A stretch of DNA of 64,000 nt from Octopus sinensis (GCF_006345805.1 NC_043007.1:23126001-23190000), one strand, 5' to 3'; shown: positions 38,550-52,150, counted from the stretch's first letter. The notes: generated by a model not told the origin, from the sequence alone. Numbers and translations: made by a program.

Positions 38550-39029
38550 CACATAATACGCACGCGCTCGTGGCTGTTATTCAGGTGATAGAATTTACAA
38601 GATTACTTATGAGTCTTTCGAGTCACGAAATCAATGTGCAAATGAAATGATTTAATTCAAAGTTTATACATGTGTAAAACAGAAAGCTGGAATGAATACA
38701 CTGGTCAATATACATAGGTAGCTCTCTCGGTTTTATATGTGTTTCTACATATATACATGTGTGTGTGTGTGGGTGTGGGTGTGTGTGTGGGGGGGTGAGT
38801 TACAAAAATAGTTTTCTTATTTGTAAAATTACTCAGAGCGAAACATCTGGCCCTTTGTCACAGATCATATAATCTAATAGATAATATTTATTCTTTATGT
38901 AAAGTAGTTTTGTGTTCTTTGTTAGAGAGTAGCTTCTAATACATAATTCGTTACACACAAGCTCACACACATTATAAGTTCCTATTTACGCATAAATGTT
39001 GTGCATAAATTTTATATTGTTTTAACTGT

Positions 39030-39230
39030 TTTCAAATTTTGGCACAAGAGCAGCAATTTCGGTGTTGGTGTAAGTTGGTTACATCGACCTCGATATTCAA
39101 CTATTACTTATTTTGTCGAGCCCGAAAGGATGAAAGGTAAAGTCGACCTCGGCGGAATTTGAACTCAGAACGTAACGGCAGACGAAATACCGCTCAGCAT
39201 TTCGCCCAGCGTGCTAACGATCCAGCCAAA
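39030..39230 (-). mobile_element. SINE family B variant
   Basis: Reverse complement of the core and head. Confidence 0.85.
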
Positions 39231-40392
39231 GATATCGTTTAATTTATGACGAGTCGTCAAAAACACAAATATGCAAATAAGATTGCCACTAAAGCGCTAT
39301 TTTAATTTATGTCTGCTTTATATAGCAGATGAGCTATGCTATTAAGAGGATATGCAAACCGGGTACGACTTCTCTGCGGAGCCATCAACAAACCGTGAAA
39401 GAGTCCGTCTCTCTATTTTCTTGCTCATCGGTAGCATAGGAAGAATCAGTTTACATTCTTATTACAGTCACAGTGCGGTGTTCTACTTAAATTGATTTCA
39501 TTTCTTCCGGGTTTATGACGTGTTGTGCATAATACACACAAAACTGATAAATACATGCAAGTTCAATGTGTGGATTGTTTTTCTTATCTTCATTCCATCG
39601 AATGAGCTTTGTATATTTGCTAGAAACCAGCTCCTTCCTGACAGGAAGGTTTCCAATAATTAAATATAGTAAAGAACACACATACACACAAACTCGAGTT
39701 TTCACGGATTTTTCGTCAACAAGATTTCACTTCCAAGACATTAATTTACCTACAACTGATTCTTGCCCTATAAGCCTTGCATTGGAATCGAAGCTAGTAT
39801 GTAGTTGCCAGGTAAACCTTTTAATCACAAGGCTTCAACTAAAAATTAGTACCATGTTTAACGAAAAAGGATTTTAATATTTTCATTTGTCTAGGTTAAG
39901 CAACTTGCTCGGATCAATGTAACTCTTCCATACCAGAGCGATGATACATGTATGTCTGGCCTGGGTTTTAGTGACATTGATCTTTCGCTACTTGAAATAT
40001 CTCATCTGCACACGTCACGACTACATATGATTGCTGTAGTTCGCTAACTGTACCGGTTGATCCTGGCCATTAACAGTTTGTTGACTGTATATCCGCTCAG
40101 CGTCTAGTGATATTTGCTAATGACTCTGTAAGTTCATCTGCCGAAACAGTGCATATCCATCATGCTTGCACCCCATGATTTCAATGTACTCTGGCTCGAG
40201 TGATCACATGTTGTTTAACCCATAGCCAGGGCCCTGACAGCGTTACTACTTCCGAGTCAGGGTAGACTGGGGACAACAGTGCCTAAAAAGTGATACCACA
40301 CTCCTCAAAACACCGGAACTCCCGAACCAGGGTCCCACTACTAGATGCAGTTTAAAGTCATACCCCTTTTTACATGCTCTAATGCATTAAAG

Positions 40393-40643
40393 GTGGAGGC
40401 GAGTGGCTTAGTGGTTAGGGTGTCAGCATCATTATCGTAAGATTGTGGTTTCGATTCCTTGACCGGGCGACGCGTTGTGTTCTTGAGCAAAACACTTCAT
40501 TTCACGTTGCTCCAGTCCACTCAGCTGGCAAAAATGAGTAACACTGCGATGGACTGGTGTCCCGTCCAGCTGGGGAACACATACGCCATTAAAACCGGGA
40601 AACCGGGCCCATGAGCCTGACTGGGCTTTAAAAGCGCGCAAAA
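40393..40643 (+). mobile_element. tRNA-derived SINE, family D
   Basis: A box gtggcttagtggttagg, B box ggtttcgattcc; 12-bp TSD aatgcattaaag at 40381-40392 and 40644-40655. Confidence 0.85.
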
Positions 40644-41352
40644 AATGCATTAAAGCATGTAATATAGGACCAATTTCGATTATAGAACTCAGCGTTCTTT
40701 GAGACATTTTATGGAAAAAAAATTGCGTCTTACATGCCGAGAAATACGGTATTTTCAGTGTAATTAAAAACGAAAATCGGATGAAAAATAATACCAATGT
40801 CATTAGCTGTACTGTCGTGCAGCCATAGGACATAATCCAGACAGTTATTTCACAGTTTTCTTTAACAGAGCAAATTAATTAGAATTATAATTCGTGGTGA
40901 TATTTTAAAGTTCAGTTTGAAAGGAATTAATACATTTTTAAATTTTTGAGCAATTTGAATAAAAGAAGAAAATTAGAATTTATTGAAAAATCTTGGTAAT
41001 TAAAAAACTGCAATAACAAAAAGTGTTTTAATGAGGAAGAAAAGTTAAATTTTGTTCTATTTTCTGTTTTTTTCTTCTTCTGTTTATATGCATATCCATT
41101 CAGAGAAAATCTCTCTTGTCCATAGCATCTCTATAGTGGTGGCTGAATGGAAATGATTTTTTTAATTTTTGGAACTGTTTGACGTCTGTGCTACGCTAAA
41201 TAAATTGGAACTGTCAGCAGAAAGCATTGTGCTCATTTTGTGCTTACACAAGGTAACTGTTAAATGAAAACAAACGGAAACGTTGGTTGAATCCCATCAA
41301 AACAATCATGTAATACATACATACATACATACATACATACATACAATCATAG

Positions 41353-41406
<54 letters not shown>

Positions 41407-41474
41407 TGGTAAGCGAATTATCAACCATACAGGCAAATTAATAAAATATATACATACAATATTTGATATGTACA

Positions 41475-41818
41475 TATATACACAAGGGTACTACATGAGT
41501 ACCTATATCGCTAATGATAGAAGTCAAAAAATACTTCTTTACCACCGAATAATCTATTGCAGACATGATAGGAAAAAAATATCAGTGAACAATAATAATG
41601 TCTTACCTGTACTGGGCCAGAACAAGTAAATGCTGGTCAACTTGGTACCGATTTCGAAATTTAGCGACAAATAGGTGCCCAATTTCTCATCAGCCAAAGT
41701 CTGCCAGCTACATTGCTACTAACCTTTTCCCTTTGTGACTATTCGGTGGTATAAATGTATTTTTTTACTTCTATTTTTTAGCGCTATATGTACTCATGTA
41801 GTACTTTTGTGTGTGTAT
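41475..41818. mobile_element. HHR module bounded by diverged inverted repeats of about 80 bp
   Basis: gtactacatgagtac..atatcgcta..tagaagt..aaaatac..taccaccgaata versus tattcggtggta..gtatttt..acttcta..tagcgctatatgtactcatgtagtac. Confidence 0.8.
41642..41697 (-). ncRNA. Type-I hammerhead ribozyme, canonical core
   Basis: Minus strand reads TTGG-CTGATGA-GAAATT-(19 nt)-AATTTC-GAA-ATCGGT-A-CCAA; GUA cleavage triplet. Confidence 0.82.
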
Positions 41819-41864
41819 ATATATATAATATATATAATATATATATAATATATATTTTATATAT

Positions 41865-41910
<46 letters not shown>

Positions 41911-41964
41911 ATATATATATAATATATATATATCTTATGTATATATGTATATGTATATAGACAT

Positions 41965-42550
41965 GTCAGGTCACTTTCGAGTGCTACTGGTAACATGTAA
42001 CCCAGTACAACCTGTTGCATGGTCGGGTCGTCGGCGACTAAACCGGCAACCCTACCAAGCTTGCTTGGTGAGGAGGGTGTTTATTGGACACCCTGCGGGA
42101 TGGAAAACAAACCCCGTCAAAGGGCGGAAGAACTCTTGAGAGTCAACGGTCATCCAATAAATATCTTAGGGCTGTATCATGCGCGGGGACATAGAAATAA
42201 TCGGACTGAATACCCGATCGCGCGGTTAAACCATCGGGAGTGAAGGACTCCTAGCCTTTGTTAGGGCATCCTTCTAGGAGAAGGTAACTCAGGTAACTGG
42301 GATAACTCCGACATAAAACCTGCGGCTCAGTGGTTACCGATGATGTTGACTTGTTCTTCTTTTCGGATTATGGCTGCTGTTGCTTAGTGAGTGGGATTGA
42401 CTCAGTGCACAACCTTTCCTCACTTTAAAAAAATCTTTTTGCACAGGCATTGCGAGGACCTAGAAATACCTGGTATGGTACCCAGGCGCGCAGAAAGCCT
42501 ACCAGGGTGGATCAGACCCTTTGGTGATGACTCTCACAACTGATCTAGGA
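41965..42550 (+). mobile_element. Repeat, possible LINE (RTE) 5' UTR
   Basis: Shares about 140 bp with 4990-5135; non-coding and higher in GC. Confidence 0.55.
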
Positions 42551-43339
42551 GACAGAACACTCTTACAAGAAAATGCTGCGATCGTTTTATCATCTGACGT
42601 GTGGCACACCGTGCACCTGTAAAGACCATGTTAATTCGATGGAGAGAGTGTTTTTTGTTCATCACAAGCAATGACCACTTTAAATAAGTCAAAGTGCCGG
42701 TTGTTCAGTAAACCCTTTTCACTCAATTACACCTGAGGTTTGGCGCATCGATGTGCTTCTTTTTTTTTTAAGGTATGCATGCGGTGTCACAGGGTTTAGG
42801 AATTGTTGAAGGTTATTTACTGAACCCTCATTCATCGTCTTCGATGAGAGAATCCACCATGTATATAGACACATACACACACATATATATATATATGGGA
42901 ATTCTACGTGCCCTGGTCAACAACAGATCCAAACTCATCTTCATCTGCAAAATAACAAAACATAACTACAACTATGACATACCATGAAAATAAAGGACAA
43001 TTAGTAAAATAAGGTACATTCAAATAAAACTACATTCCTCCATTGTTTACTGGTTGCGTGATAAACAACCAACACTTTCAATTTGGTTATTTTAGCACGG
43101 TGCTTCTAAGTTCACTGCAACGTAACGTTGTCAACGTTTTTCATTTTCCTGTAACGTTTTTCACTTCTTACTTTCAGGTGCTAACCATACTTCCTGTTTC
43201 TGTTACCTATTATTTTTCTCCTTTTAAGCTTTCTAAGAATATCCATCCATCTATCCATCCATCCATCCATCCATCCATCCATCCATCCATCCATCCATCC
43301 ATCCATCCATACATACATACATACATGCATGCATGCATG

Positions 43340-43371
<32 letters not shown>

Positions 43372-43702
43372 CATACATACATACTGAATTCATACTCTAT
43401 AAATGATCATGATATCTGTGACTATAAGAACCTGCAAGAACCTTAAGATTTAAAGGATGGTGAGCAAAATAAGATGCTTTCCTTTACAACCTTGCTACCA
43501 TGTAAGTGGCCGGCCAAAAAGAGAAAGAGAACATACATATACGCATACCCACACATACATATATATGTACATACATACATACATACATACATGCATACAT
43601 ACAAACAAACATAGATACATACATACATACATGCATACATACATACATACATACATACATACATACATACATACATACATACATACATACATACATACAT
43701 AC

Positions 43703-44246
43703 AGATAAGAGATAGAGAAGAGAAACTGTGTACAGTACTGGAAAGCAGCTGCCCAATGGATGTTAACCTAAAGCTAAACATCCGTGAAAAAGAAATCACG
43801 TACGTTGAACTATTGAGGAATTGCTCTACCTGGATTACAAGTTCAGGTTTATACCTGTAATTATTATGGCCACTAGGATATATAACACACTACCTGAATA
43901 TCAATCTTGAGAAACTAGGCTCCTCAAAACCAGAAAGGAGAAAGTTGATCGGAGACTACAGATCCAAGTTATCACTGGAACTGTAAAAATTTGTAAAATT
44001 TCCCAAAAGTTTACCATTTAAGTATTATATATTATGCATGTCTAGACATGCAAATATATGCATGAGAATAAATACATAAAACAAAACATACAAATCTGTA
44101 TATGCACTGATTCTAAATACTGCACACATACGCATACACATGCAAAAATACCCTCTTGATGTTGAAATTCCAATGAAGGAACCTTAGATCTATGTTAGAA
44201 ACCGGCTCATTATTGGCAAGAAATCCTGAAATAAAATTGAATAATG
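43703..44246 (+). pseudogene. 3' end of an RLE-encoding non-LTR retrotransposon (R4/Dong-like) in (TACA)n
   Basis: REEKLCTVLESSCPMDVNLKLNIREKEITYVELLRN..YKFRFIPVII resembles the ..I(D/E)xxxPxDxN....EKxxxY..L..IPVVIGALG RLE segment; (CATA)n on both sides. Confidence 0.75.
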
Positions 44247-44461
44247 ACATACATACATGCATGCGCACATACGTACATACATACATACATACATACATAC
44301 ATACATACATACATACATACATACATAATACCTTCTCTCTCTCACACACACACACATACACACTCACACACACGCAGATATACTTCAAAAAATTATACAG
44401 AATACGAAAACAAGTACGTCAAAATTATTTTTCTTTCAATTTTACAGTCGTCATACTGCAC

Positions 44462-44519
<58 letters not shown>

Positions 44520-44654
44520 TATATATATATATATATATAAAATATATAATATATGCGACAAGAAATCATTTTTGCCTCTTTTTACGGAGACAAAAAGTTT
44601 ATAAGACTGTAAAAAAGTACTCTAATGAGATTGAGACAGATAAAAAAAAAAAAC

Positions 44655-45223
44655 ATTGATTAGGGAACAAATATCAAATTCGAGTCAACGACTTTATATA
44701 ACACCACACTTCCATACATTTGGGCGTATATAAATATTACCATCGCTTTTAACATATAAAGAATACATATATAAAAAACACAAAAGGTAAAAAATATATA
44801 TGCAAATAAAAACACAAATATATAGAACGACCTATCAAGAAAAATCTAAATAAAATATCACATCAATCGACTAAAAGAATATTTTTACTCCGCTCAATTA
44901 AAAATATGCCAAAAAACTTTTCTGACATATTTTAATTGAGAGGAATAAGAAAATTTCTGTAGTCGATTGATATTATTTTATTTAGATTTTTAGTCACTTG
45001 ACACGCTTTAGAATTTTTAATCGATTGCATATACCTTCTTGATTGGCCGTTCTATATATTTTGTATTTTATGTACATATATATTTTTTGCTTTCTCTGTT
45101 TTTATATATGTATTCCTTTCATATGTCGAAGGCCGTGGTAATATTTATATATGATCAAAATATGGAACTGTGGTATTATATAAAGTCATTGACTTGAATT
45201 TGATGTTTGTTCTCTAATCAATG
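44655..45223. repeat. Diverged fold-back palindrome of about 570 bp
   Basis: cattgattagggaacaaatatcaaattcgagtcaacgactttatataa versus ttatataaagtcattgacttgaatttgatgtttgttctctaatcaatg; centre near 44917; one arm has an indel. Confidence 0.88.
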
Positions 45224-45393
45224 TTTTATATATATATATATATATAATATATATATATTATATAATATATATATATATATATGTATGTATGTATATATAT
45301 GTGTGTGTATATATGTATGTATGTATATATATGTGTGTGTATATATATGTATGTATGTATATATGTGTATGTACATATATATATATATACATA

Positions 45394-45434
<41 letters not shown>

Positions 45435-45467
45435 TATATGTATATATATGTATATATGCATATATAT

Positions 45468-45514
<47 letters not shown>

Positions 45515-46436
45515 ATATATATGTTATATATATATATATCTGTCACACATAGACATTACTTCATAAAATTCGTTTTGCAAACGTTTTGATATCACATTGT
45601 GTTGGAATAAATATTGTTATATACTGAATAATGATATTATTATTTAACCATTTCAACCATTGCAGTTTGTCAATGTTATTTCATTCCCCCCGCCAAAAAA
45701 ACAACAACAACTTTTCGCTGCTCCAATTCTATGGCCTTCTCAAAGAGTTAAAATTTTAAATGATTTAGATATTTCGATTGATTTTCGTACGTTATGTTTA
45801 CATCTCGTTATAACATGTTACATCTCTGTGGTAAGCTGGCCAGGTGATTGATTACCTAGTATAGTATTTATTATCTTATTTGCTTATTTTGCTTAATTCT
45901 TTTCTCTGCCAATATAGTGTGTATGTATGTGTGCATGTGTACGTGTGTGCTTGTGCGTATGTGGATGTGTGTGTGTTTGTGTGTGGTTGACATTTGGTGG
46001 TTTTAGTCTCATTGTATCCATATTCTTGTATTACTGTGGTGATGAGTTGTAAACAGAGAATGTTGTTATACCATTGATTATTTATATTTAGTACGTATGT
46101 ATGTGAATCATGCGACTGTCACAGAAAGCTCCTCTTATGGCCACGGCTATCAGTCAACTTAGTAATCAATTACAAAGTAATGTATTGTAAAGCATCCATG
46201 TAAGTGAAAATGCCCCAAAATTTAAGCAATGAAATTACTTCATAAAGAGTATATAAAAACAAAGTCGGATTGCAATCTGTTTTAATGTTGGTGTCTTATG
46301 GATGCCTAAAAATAACTTTTTACTTCATCGTATTTGATTCGATCCCTTGTGTCCCGTACAACCTGTTGACAGAAGACTAGTGGTTGTTTCATTCTATAGA
46401 ATTATCGCCAGCGTTCTGCAATAGAATCCCTTAAAT

Positions 46437-46699
46437 CAGTGGTTTTCAACTAGGGTCCATATGGCCCTTGGGAGTCCATATAAAGGTTTTGTTGTTAAGA
46501 TTTATGTGCCATAAATTGTTTATACAAGACACAAAAGACAATACACAAAATATTTTAATTTTTTAAATAATACAATTCTTAATAATGTTTAATTATAAAA
46601 ATACAGCAGGATTATTTTTTATATACAGTTAATGGCTATGGAATTCCAGTAGAGTAAAATAGTTATGAAGAGGGTCCGTAAAATGGTTGGGAATCATTA
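46437..46699. mobile_element. hAT-type MITE
   Basis: cagtggttttcaac / gttgggaatcatta; 8-bp TSD ccttaaat/ccctaaat. Confidence 0.7.
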
Positions 46700-46883
46700 C
46701 CCTAAATTGTTGGCCATTTTTCGCTTTTAGGTTGTGATTGTGTCCTTACATTGCCCTTTTTATGTCTCGTGGTACACTGTATTTCTAGTTTTGCAGTTTC
46801 TGAGATAAAATCCAGAAACCACTATAACAAGACGACTATTATGCAACATTTCGCATCACAGCTACCATTATTTGGAACGTGTA

Positions 46884-47108
46884 GGCGCGTGGCTTAATGG
46901 TTAGGTGTATTCGACTCACGATTGTAAGGTCGTGAGTTCGATTCTCGGTACGGAGTTACGTCCTTGAACAAAAGACTTTTCCCGAGAACTACGTTATGTG
47001 TACGTGTGTTTGTGGAGTACTCAGCCACTTGCACGTTAATTTCATGTGCAGGCTGTTCTGTCGATCGAATCAATTGGAACCCTCGTCGTCATAACCGACG
47101 GAGTGCCT
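46884..47108 (+). mobile_element. SINE family C, internally deleted
   Basis: tRNA-like head (gtggcttaatggttagg, gagttcgattc) fused to the family C 3' body. Confidence 0.8.
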
Positions 47109-47274
47109 GTTATTTAGAACTTCATACCAGGAAATCCGCATCCACGCGAAATAGCTTCTTTACAAATATCGCTACTACCACATCATTATTACTACCACCG
47201 TCACTACTATATCAACACTATAAACACTACTAGCACTCCTTTTCACTACCAATACCTCTTCCACCATAACATCG

Positions 47275-47472
47275 GCTTCAAATTTTGGCATAAGGCAAGC
47301 AGTTTCGAGGAAGGAGATAAGTCGATTACATCACCCTCCACCCAGTGCTCGACTGGTACTTATTTTATCGACCCTGAAAAGATGAAAAGTAAAGATGACC
47401 TCGGCGGAATTTGAACTCAGAACGTAAAGACGGACGAAATATTGCCAAGTATTTTGCCCGGCGTGCTAAGGA
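47275..47472 (-). mobile_element. SINE family B variant
   Basis: Reverse complement of the core. Confidence 0.8.
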
Positions 47473-47477
47473 TTCCC

Positions 47478-47601
47478 GTGGCTGTGTGGCAAGAATTTTG
47501 CTTCCCAGCCACATGTTCCGGGTTCAATCCTACTGTGAGCTTCGCGCTGACCAAAGCCTTGTGAGTAGATTTTGTAGACGGAAACTGAAAGGAGCCCCTC
47601 G

Positions 47602-47677
<76 letters not shown>

Positions 47678-47905
47678 CATACACACACACTCGAGTGTTG
47701 TCTTAGTGTCTATGTTTGTCTCCTTACTACCGCTTGACAACCGGTGTTGGTGTGTTTACGTCCCTTTCACTTAGTGGTTCGGCAAAAGAACTGATAAAAT
47801 AAGTACCTGGCTTTTAAAATAAATAAGTTCTAGGGATCGGTTCATTTGACTAAAATTTCTTCAAGGCAGTGCTCCAGCATGGCCGCTATCTAATGACTGA
47901 AAAGG
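47478..47905 (+). mobile_element. SINE family A, diverged
   Basis: Head, internal microsatellite and tail all present. Confidence 0.85.
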
Positions 47906-48394
47906 TAAATTCAAGTATTTATTCATTCACCACAGTGCATACTGTTGCAACTGGAGACAACCCTCTCTTTACTTCACCTGGCACCATCTGCTTGGTGATG
48001 GCATTTGTATCGAGATTCCGACTTACTCGTCATCTTCTGCTATAACATCACCATACCATCAACAACATCACTCTATAAACATCATTACCACCACATCAAT
48101 CACTAATACCTCTTATGCCATCATTCTATAAACATTATCATTACATCATCACTAATATCATCATTTATAACTGGTTCTAAATGTGGGCGGTACCGTCCAC
48201 AAGAGGACGCTGGACCAGTCGAAGGCTTTAGGGAGCGATGAGGGAGAGAAGGTGAGGTAACATAACTTACAAAAATTTTATGTATAGTAGTAATTGTATT
48301 ATACATGATAAAACTAGTAATGTTTATTAAAATATACTGAGATCTCATCAGGCGCAGGGAAGTCATTAACTTGTAATATATAAAGTAAAATTAG

Positions 48395-48792
48395 AGGCGA
48401 CGAGCTGGCAGAAACGTTAGCGCGCCGGGCGATTTGCTTAACAGTATTTCGTCTGTAGTTACGTTCTGAGTTCAAATTCCGCCGAGGTCGACTTTGCCTT
48501 TCATCCTTTCGGGGTCGATAAATAAAGTACCAGTTTCGCACTGGGGTCGATGTAATCGACTTAATCCTTTTGTCTGTCCTTGTTTGTCCTCTCTGTGTTT
48601 AGCCCCTTGTGGGTAGTAAAGAAATAGGTATTTCGTCTACCGCTACGTTCTGAGTTCAAATTCCGCCGAGGTCGACTTTGCCTTTCATCCTTTCGGGGTC
48701 GATAAATAAAGTACCAGTTTCGCACTGGGATCGATGTAATCGACTTAATCCCTTTGTCTTTTCTTGTTTAGCCCCTTGTGGGTTATAAAGGA
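48395..48792 (+). mobile_element. SINE family B, tandem dimer
   Basis: Junction aaagaaataggtatttcgtct at about 48618-48638. Confidence 0.9.
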
Positions 48793-49431
48793 ATGTATTA
48801 AGTAAATTTACAACTTTTGTTTTTATGAATTTTTTTTATCATATCACTATTAAAAGCTTATACAATCCAAGTTTAGATTAAAATTTATAATTTACCATCC
48901 GTGTTAAGTTAGTTTAACCGTGATAACACACTCGCCACTTAGGTGGGCACTAGGCATAACAACTACTTAAAATGAAATAAGTCAATAACCTCTGACCTCT
49001 AAGAACTGTCACTGCTTACATAAACCGCCTCCATCGCACGGTCAGCTAGAAATAGCAGCCAAATCTCATGTAAGTCACATTGCGCCATCTTAGAAATGGA
49101 CACGATTAGTAATTTAATCCTGGGTTCCCTCCACATTGGCAACAGATAAGATGACCACGGCTGATATGCCTTTGGTCATTGGTCTGTTCTATCAGGACTT
49201 TGGAGGCGAAACAACATCCACTGACTGCACATGCCAACAAGATAACTTCTTTGCCGTTACTAGGTCTGCTAGTGACCTTTGGATAAAGTATTGCTGCAGG
49301 TATACTCGCAAAGAAAAGAAGAAAAAAAAAGCAGGCTGGATGTTCACGGCTGGAATCATGATCATCCAGTCTTTGTATTTTTCTTGTTGTATTTTGCATA
49401 CAACCACTTACTGTATCGCATCACCAATAAC

Positions 49432-49645
49432 TATTTCTTTACTACCCACAAGGGGCTAAACACAGAGAGGAGAAACAAGGACGGACAAACGGATTAAGTC
49501 GATTATATCGACACCAGTGCGTAACTGGTACTTAATTTATCGACCCCGAAAGGATGAAAGGCAAAGTCGACCTCGGTGGAATTTGAACTCAGAACGTAGC
49601 GGCAGGCGAAATACTGCTAAACATTTCTGCCAGCTCGCCGCCTTA
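49432..49645 (-). mobile_element. SINE family B
   Basis: TSD atcaccaata on both sides. Confidence 0.9.
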
Positions 49646-50454
49646 TCACCAATACCACCATTATAAAGCCATAACGTAAACTTTGCCATAAATAATTTCA
49701 GTTTATTTTAATACAATAATAAATTGCACATTATCTTTGAGAGAATACAAATAATAATTATAGTTTATTTTTAGAAGATTGAAAATGTTAAATAACAATT
49801 TTTGAATGCTAAAAAAATGACAAATAGAATATTTTTTCAAGATAGAAAATATCCTTTTATGTTTATATTATTGCTATTTTGATTTGTGTGTCTCTACACA
49901 ATCCAGACTGCATGCGATGATATGTGATAATATTTAGCTTCAGATTACTACAACTCCAAAAGACTTATGACTAAAGACATTCCAGCCGTGATCATCCAGT
50001 CTTTTTCTTTAGTTAGTAAGCATCCAGTACTACATTATGCAAAGTTACTTTTTTTTGAGAATGCAAGGTGTAATTTGAGGGAGATTTGACTGGTATTTCT
50101 AGCGGATTTTGTAATCGCTTAGAAACTATCCACTGCATGGAACAGACATATGTTCAAAGGTATTTCAACTGTAGCTACCTCATCTGTTTAAAATTCATAT
50201 TTAAACTTCTCTACACTATAATATGAAATGTAAGATTTCTTTCTACCCTGATGACAGTAGCTCGCTTTATCCAATGTTTATTTGCTTCCATTACTGGCTG
50301 CATATTGTGATGAACTACATCCACCAACAGTATTATGATGAATCTCCGAGCCCCCAGAAACAGCTGTTGGACTTATAACACCTTACCTCTTCCCCTTTAA
50401 TTTTCTCTGTCGTTTGTACTCTGTATAAGTCTGATCTGTTAATATATAAATATC

Positions 50455-51180
50455 ATTTATACCTCTCGGGGACATAGTGCCAAGACCAAATATGAAACGT
50501 TGCTCTTTTCGTTTCCTAGGGAAGTGGGGTCCGTGGTGCAAGGCCATGCCACACACTAATAAATCTGCAATATAATGATTCGCAGTGTTGGAGTGGGTGG
50601 CGGCAGGTTGGCCTGGCATACGTAGCATTATGCTTCTGATGTGTTCGCGAAAGCGATCCCCAAGGTGTCGCCCTGTTTCTCCATTGTAAAGAGCACCACA
50701 GAGTTTGCATACGATACAATATATGAGATTCGCCAAAGTGCAACAGAAGTGGTTAGTTATGTGATATTGTTTCTTGGGCCCCTTGATGGTGGTAATATTG
50801 TTGATGTAGGGGCATGGGTTACATCGTCGGCGGGAACATTTTAAGGTTCCTAGTTGTACGGAGCTGGGAGCTGTGAAGCTTCTACAAGGAGATTTCTAGG
50901 AATCCTATCCTTTTTAAAAGACAGGAGAAGCGGTGTGGGAAAGATTGGGCGGTTGTTGGGTCAGAAAGAAGAATGCCGAAGTTGTTGGTGAGTTTGTATT
51001 TTAGAGGGATGATAGACGGGTGGTAGGTGAGAGAGAGTGGAATACAGTCGGTGGAAGCGCGTAAAGACGGTAGGAGAGCTTCGGTGCGGTTGATGGCTCG
51101 GGCTCGGTGGAGTGCCGGGTCGACAACTGATGGAGGATAGCCTCGATTCAGAAAAATATTGTCGCATCGTTTTGTAACGG
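50455..51180 (-). pseudogene. Penelope-like element fragment: RT C-terminus, linker and GIY-YIG endonuclease
   Basis: FLNRGYPPSVV...IPLSLTYHP, then ANLIYCIVCKLCGALYNGETGRHLGDRFREH...RKRKEQRFIFGLGTMSPRGIN; frameshifted with stops. Confidence 0.92.
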
Positions 51181-51322
51181 GATTCGAATCGACGTCCTCT
51201 CCTATAACTTCTGTTTCACGTTAGCAACCCGTGTTATTCTGCGTCCATTATCAGTTGCAGCCGGTGTTTCAAGCTGAAGGAATGTAAACTCTGTTTGTCT
51301 TTCTTCAACGTCAGTTTTTCTT

Positions 51323-51360
51323 TAACCCCTGACGAAGGATTATATCCGAAACGTTGGTTA
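51323..51360 (+). ncRNA. Minimal hammerhead ribozyme in an inverted PLE terminal repeat
   Basis: TAACCC-CTGACGA-A-GGAT-TAT-ATCC-GAA-ACGT-T-GGTTA; canonical core with a one-base bulge in stem I. Confidence 0.78.
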
Positions 51361-51473
51361 TTCTACTCCTCACGGCAAGATCATTGTACCCCATTTAGTT
51401 TTTTCTATATATTTTCAAGTCTGCCAACGCAGGGCCACACAAGATTCCTTGTAGTTTGCCTATGATATATATA

Positions 51474-51552
<79 letters not shown>

Positions 51553-52090
51553 ATGTGAAAATAAATACAAAAGAATTCACATTCATATTCTCGTGCTTTT
51601 GCATGTGCTTCATATATATGTATATTTGCATGCATACATTCAAACGCCCTTCTACCCTCATACATGGTTCAGAACTACCTATGTATGTATGTATTAATTT
51701 GTCACACGGACGCACACACACACATACACACACACACGAACACACACATGCACACACTCACACACATACACTCCAATCAAGACAGGCGTTTAAGAACGGA
51801 TGTCCTTTCTCACTGTTTCGAAATGAATATCATATCACAAACTATCACCACCACTACGACCACTTCCACCGCCGCCGCCTCCATCAATTCCACACCACTA
51901 CTGCCATTTCTCGCCTCATCACCACCACCACCACACCACGCCACGCCGTTGTCCATAAGTGTTCAATGACTCGATGCCTCTACCACCACCACGACCACCA
52001 ACTCCAATATCACCATCACCAAAACACTCACTAATATAGCCACTACACTAACTCCTACATCACATACACCCATACACAAACACACACACA

Positions 52091-52150
<60 letters not shown>

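Noticed and set aside
41965-42010. Twister- or HDV-like ribozyme at the start of the putative LINE 5' UTR (hairpin tactgg..ccagta)
   Set aside because: The required pseudoknot pairings could not be found by eye
48170-48260. LVLNVGGTVH peptide resembling the start of a BTB/T1 domain
   Set aside because: Bounded by stops without an acceptor site; the DNA resembles a hAT MITE end (ctggttc..aa.gtgggcggtaccg)
49136-49300. Exon-like segment DKMTTADMPLVIGLFYQDFGG...LWIKYCCR between ag and gt, faintly apextrin-like
   Set aside because: Its first third is the reverse complement of a dispersed repeat also present near 49960-50000, and no partner exons were found; RNA-seq would be needed to revive it
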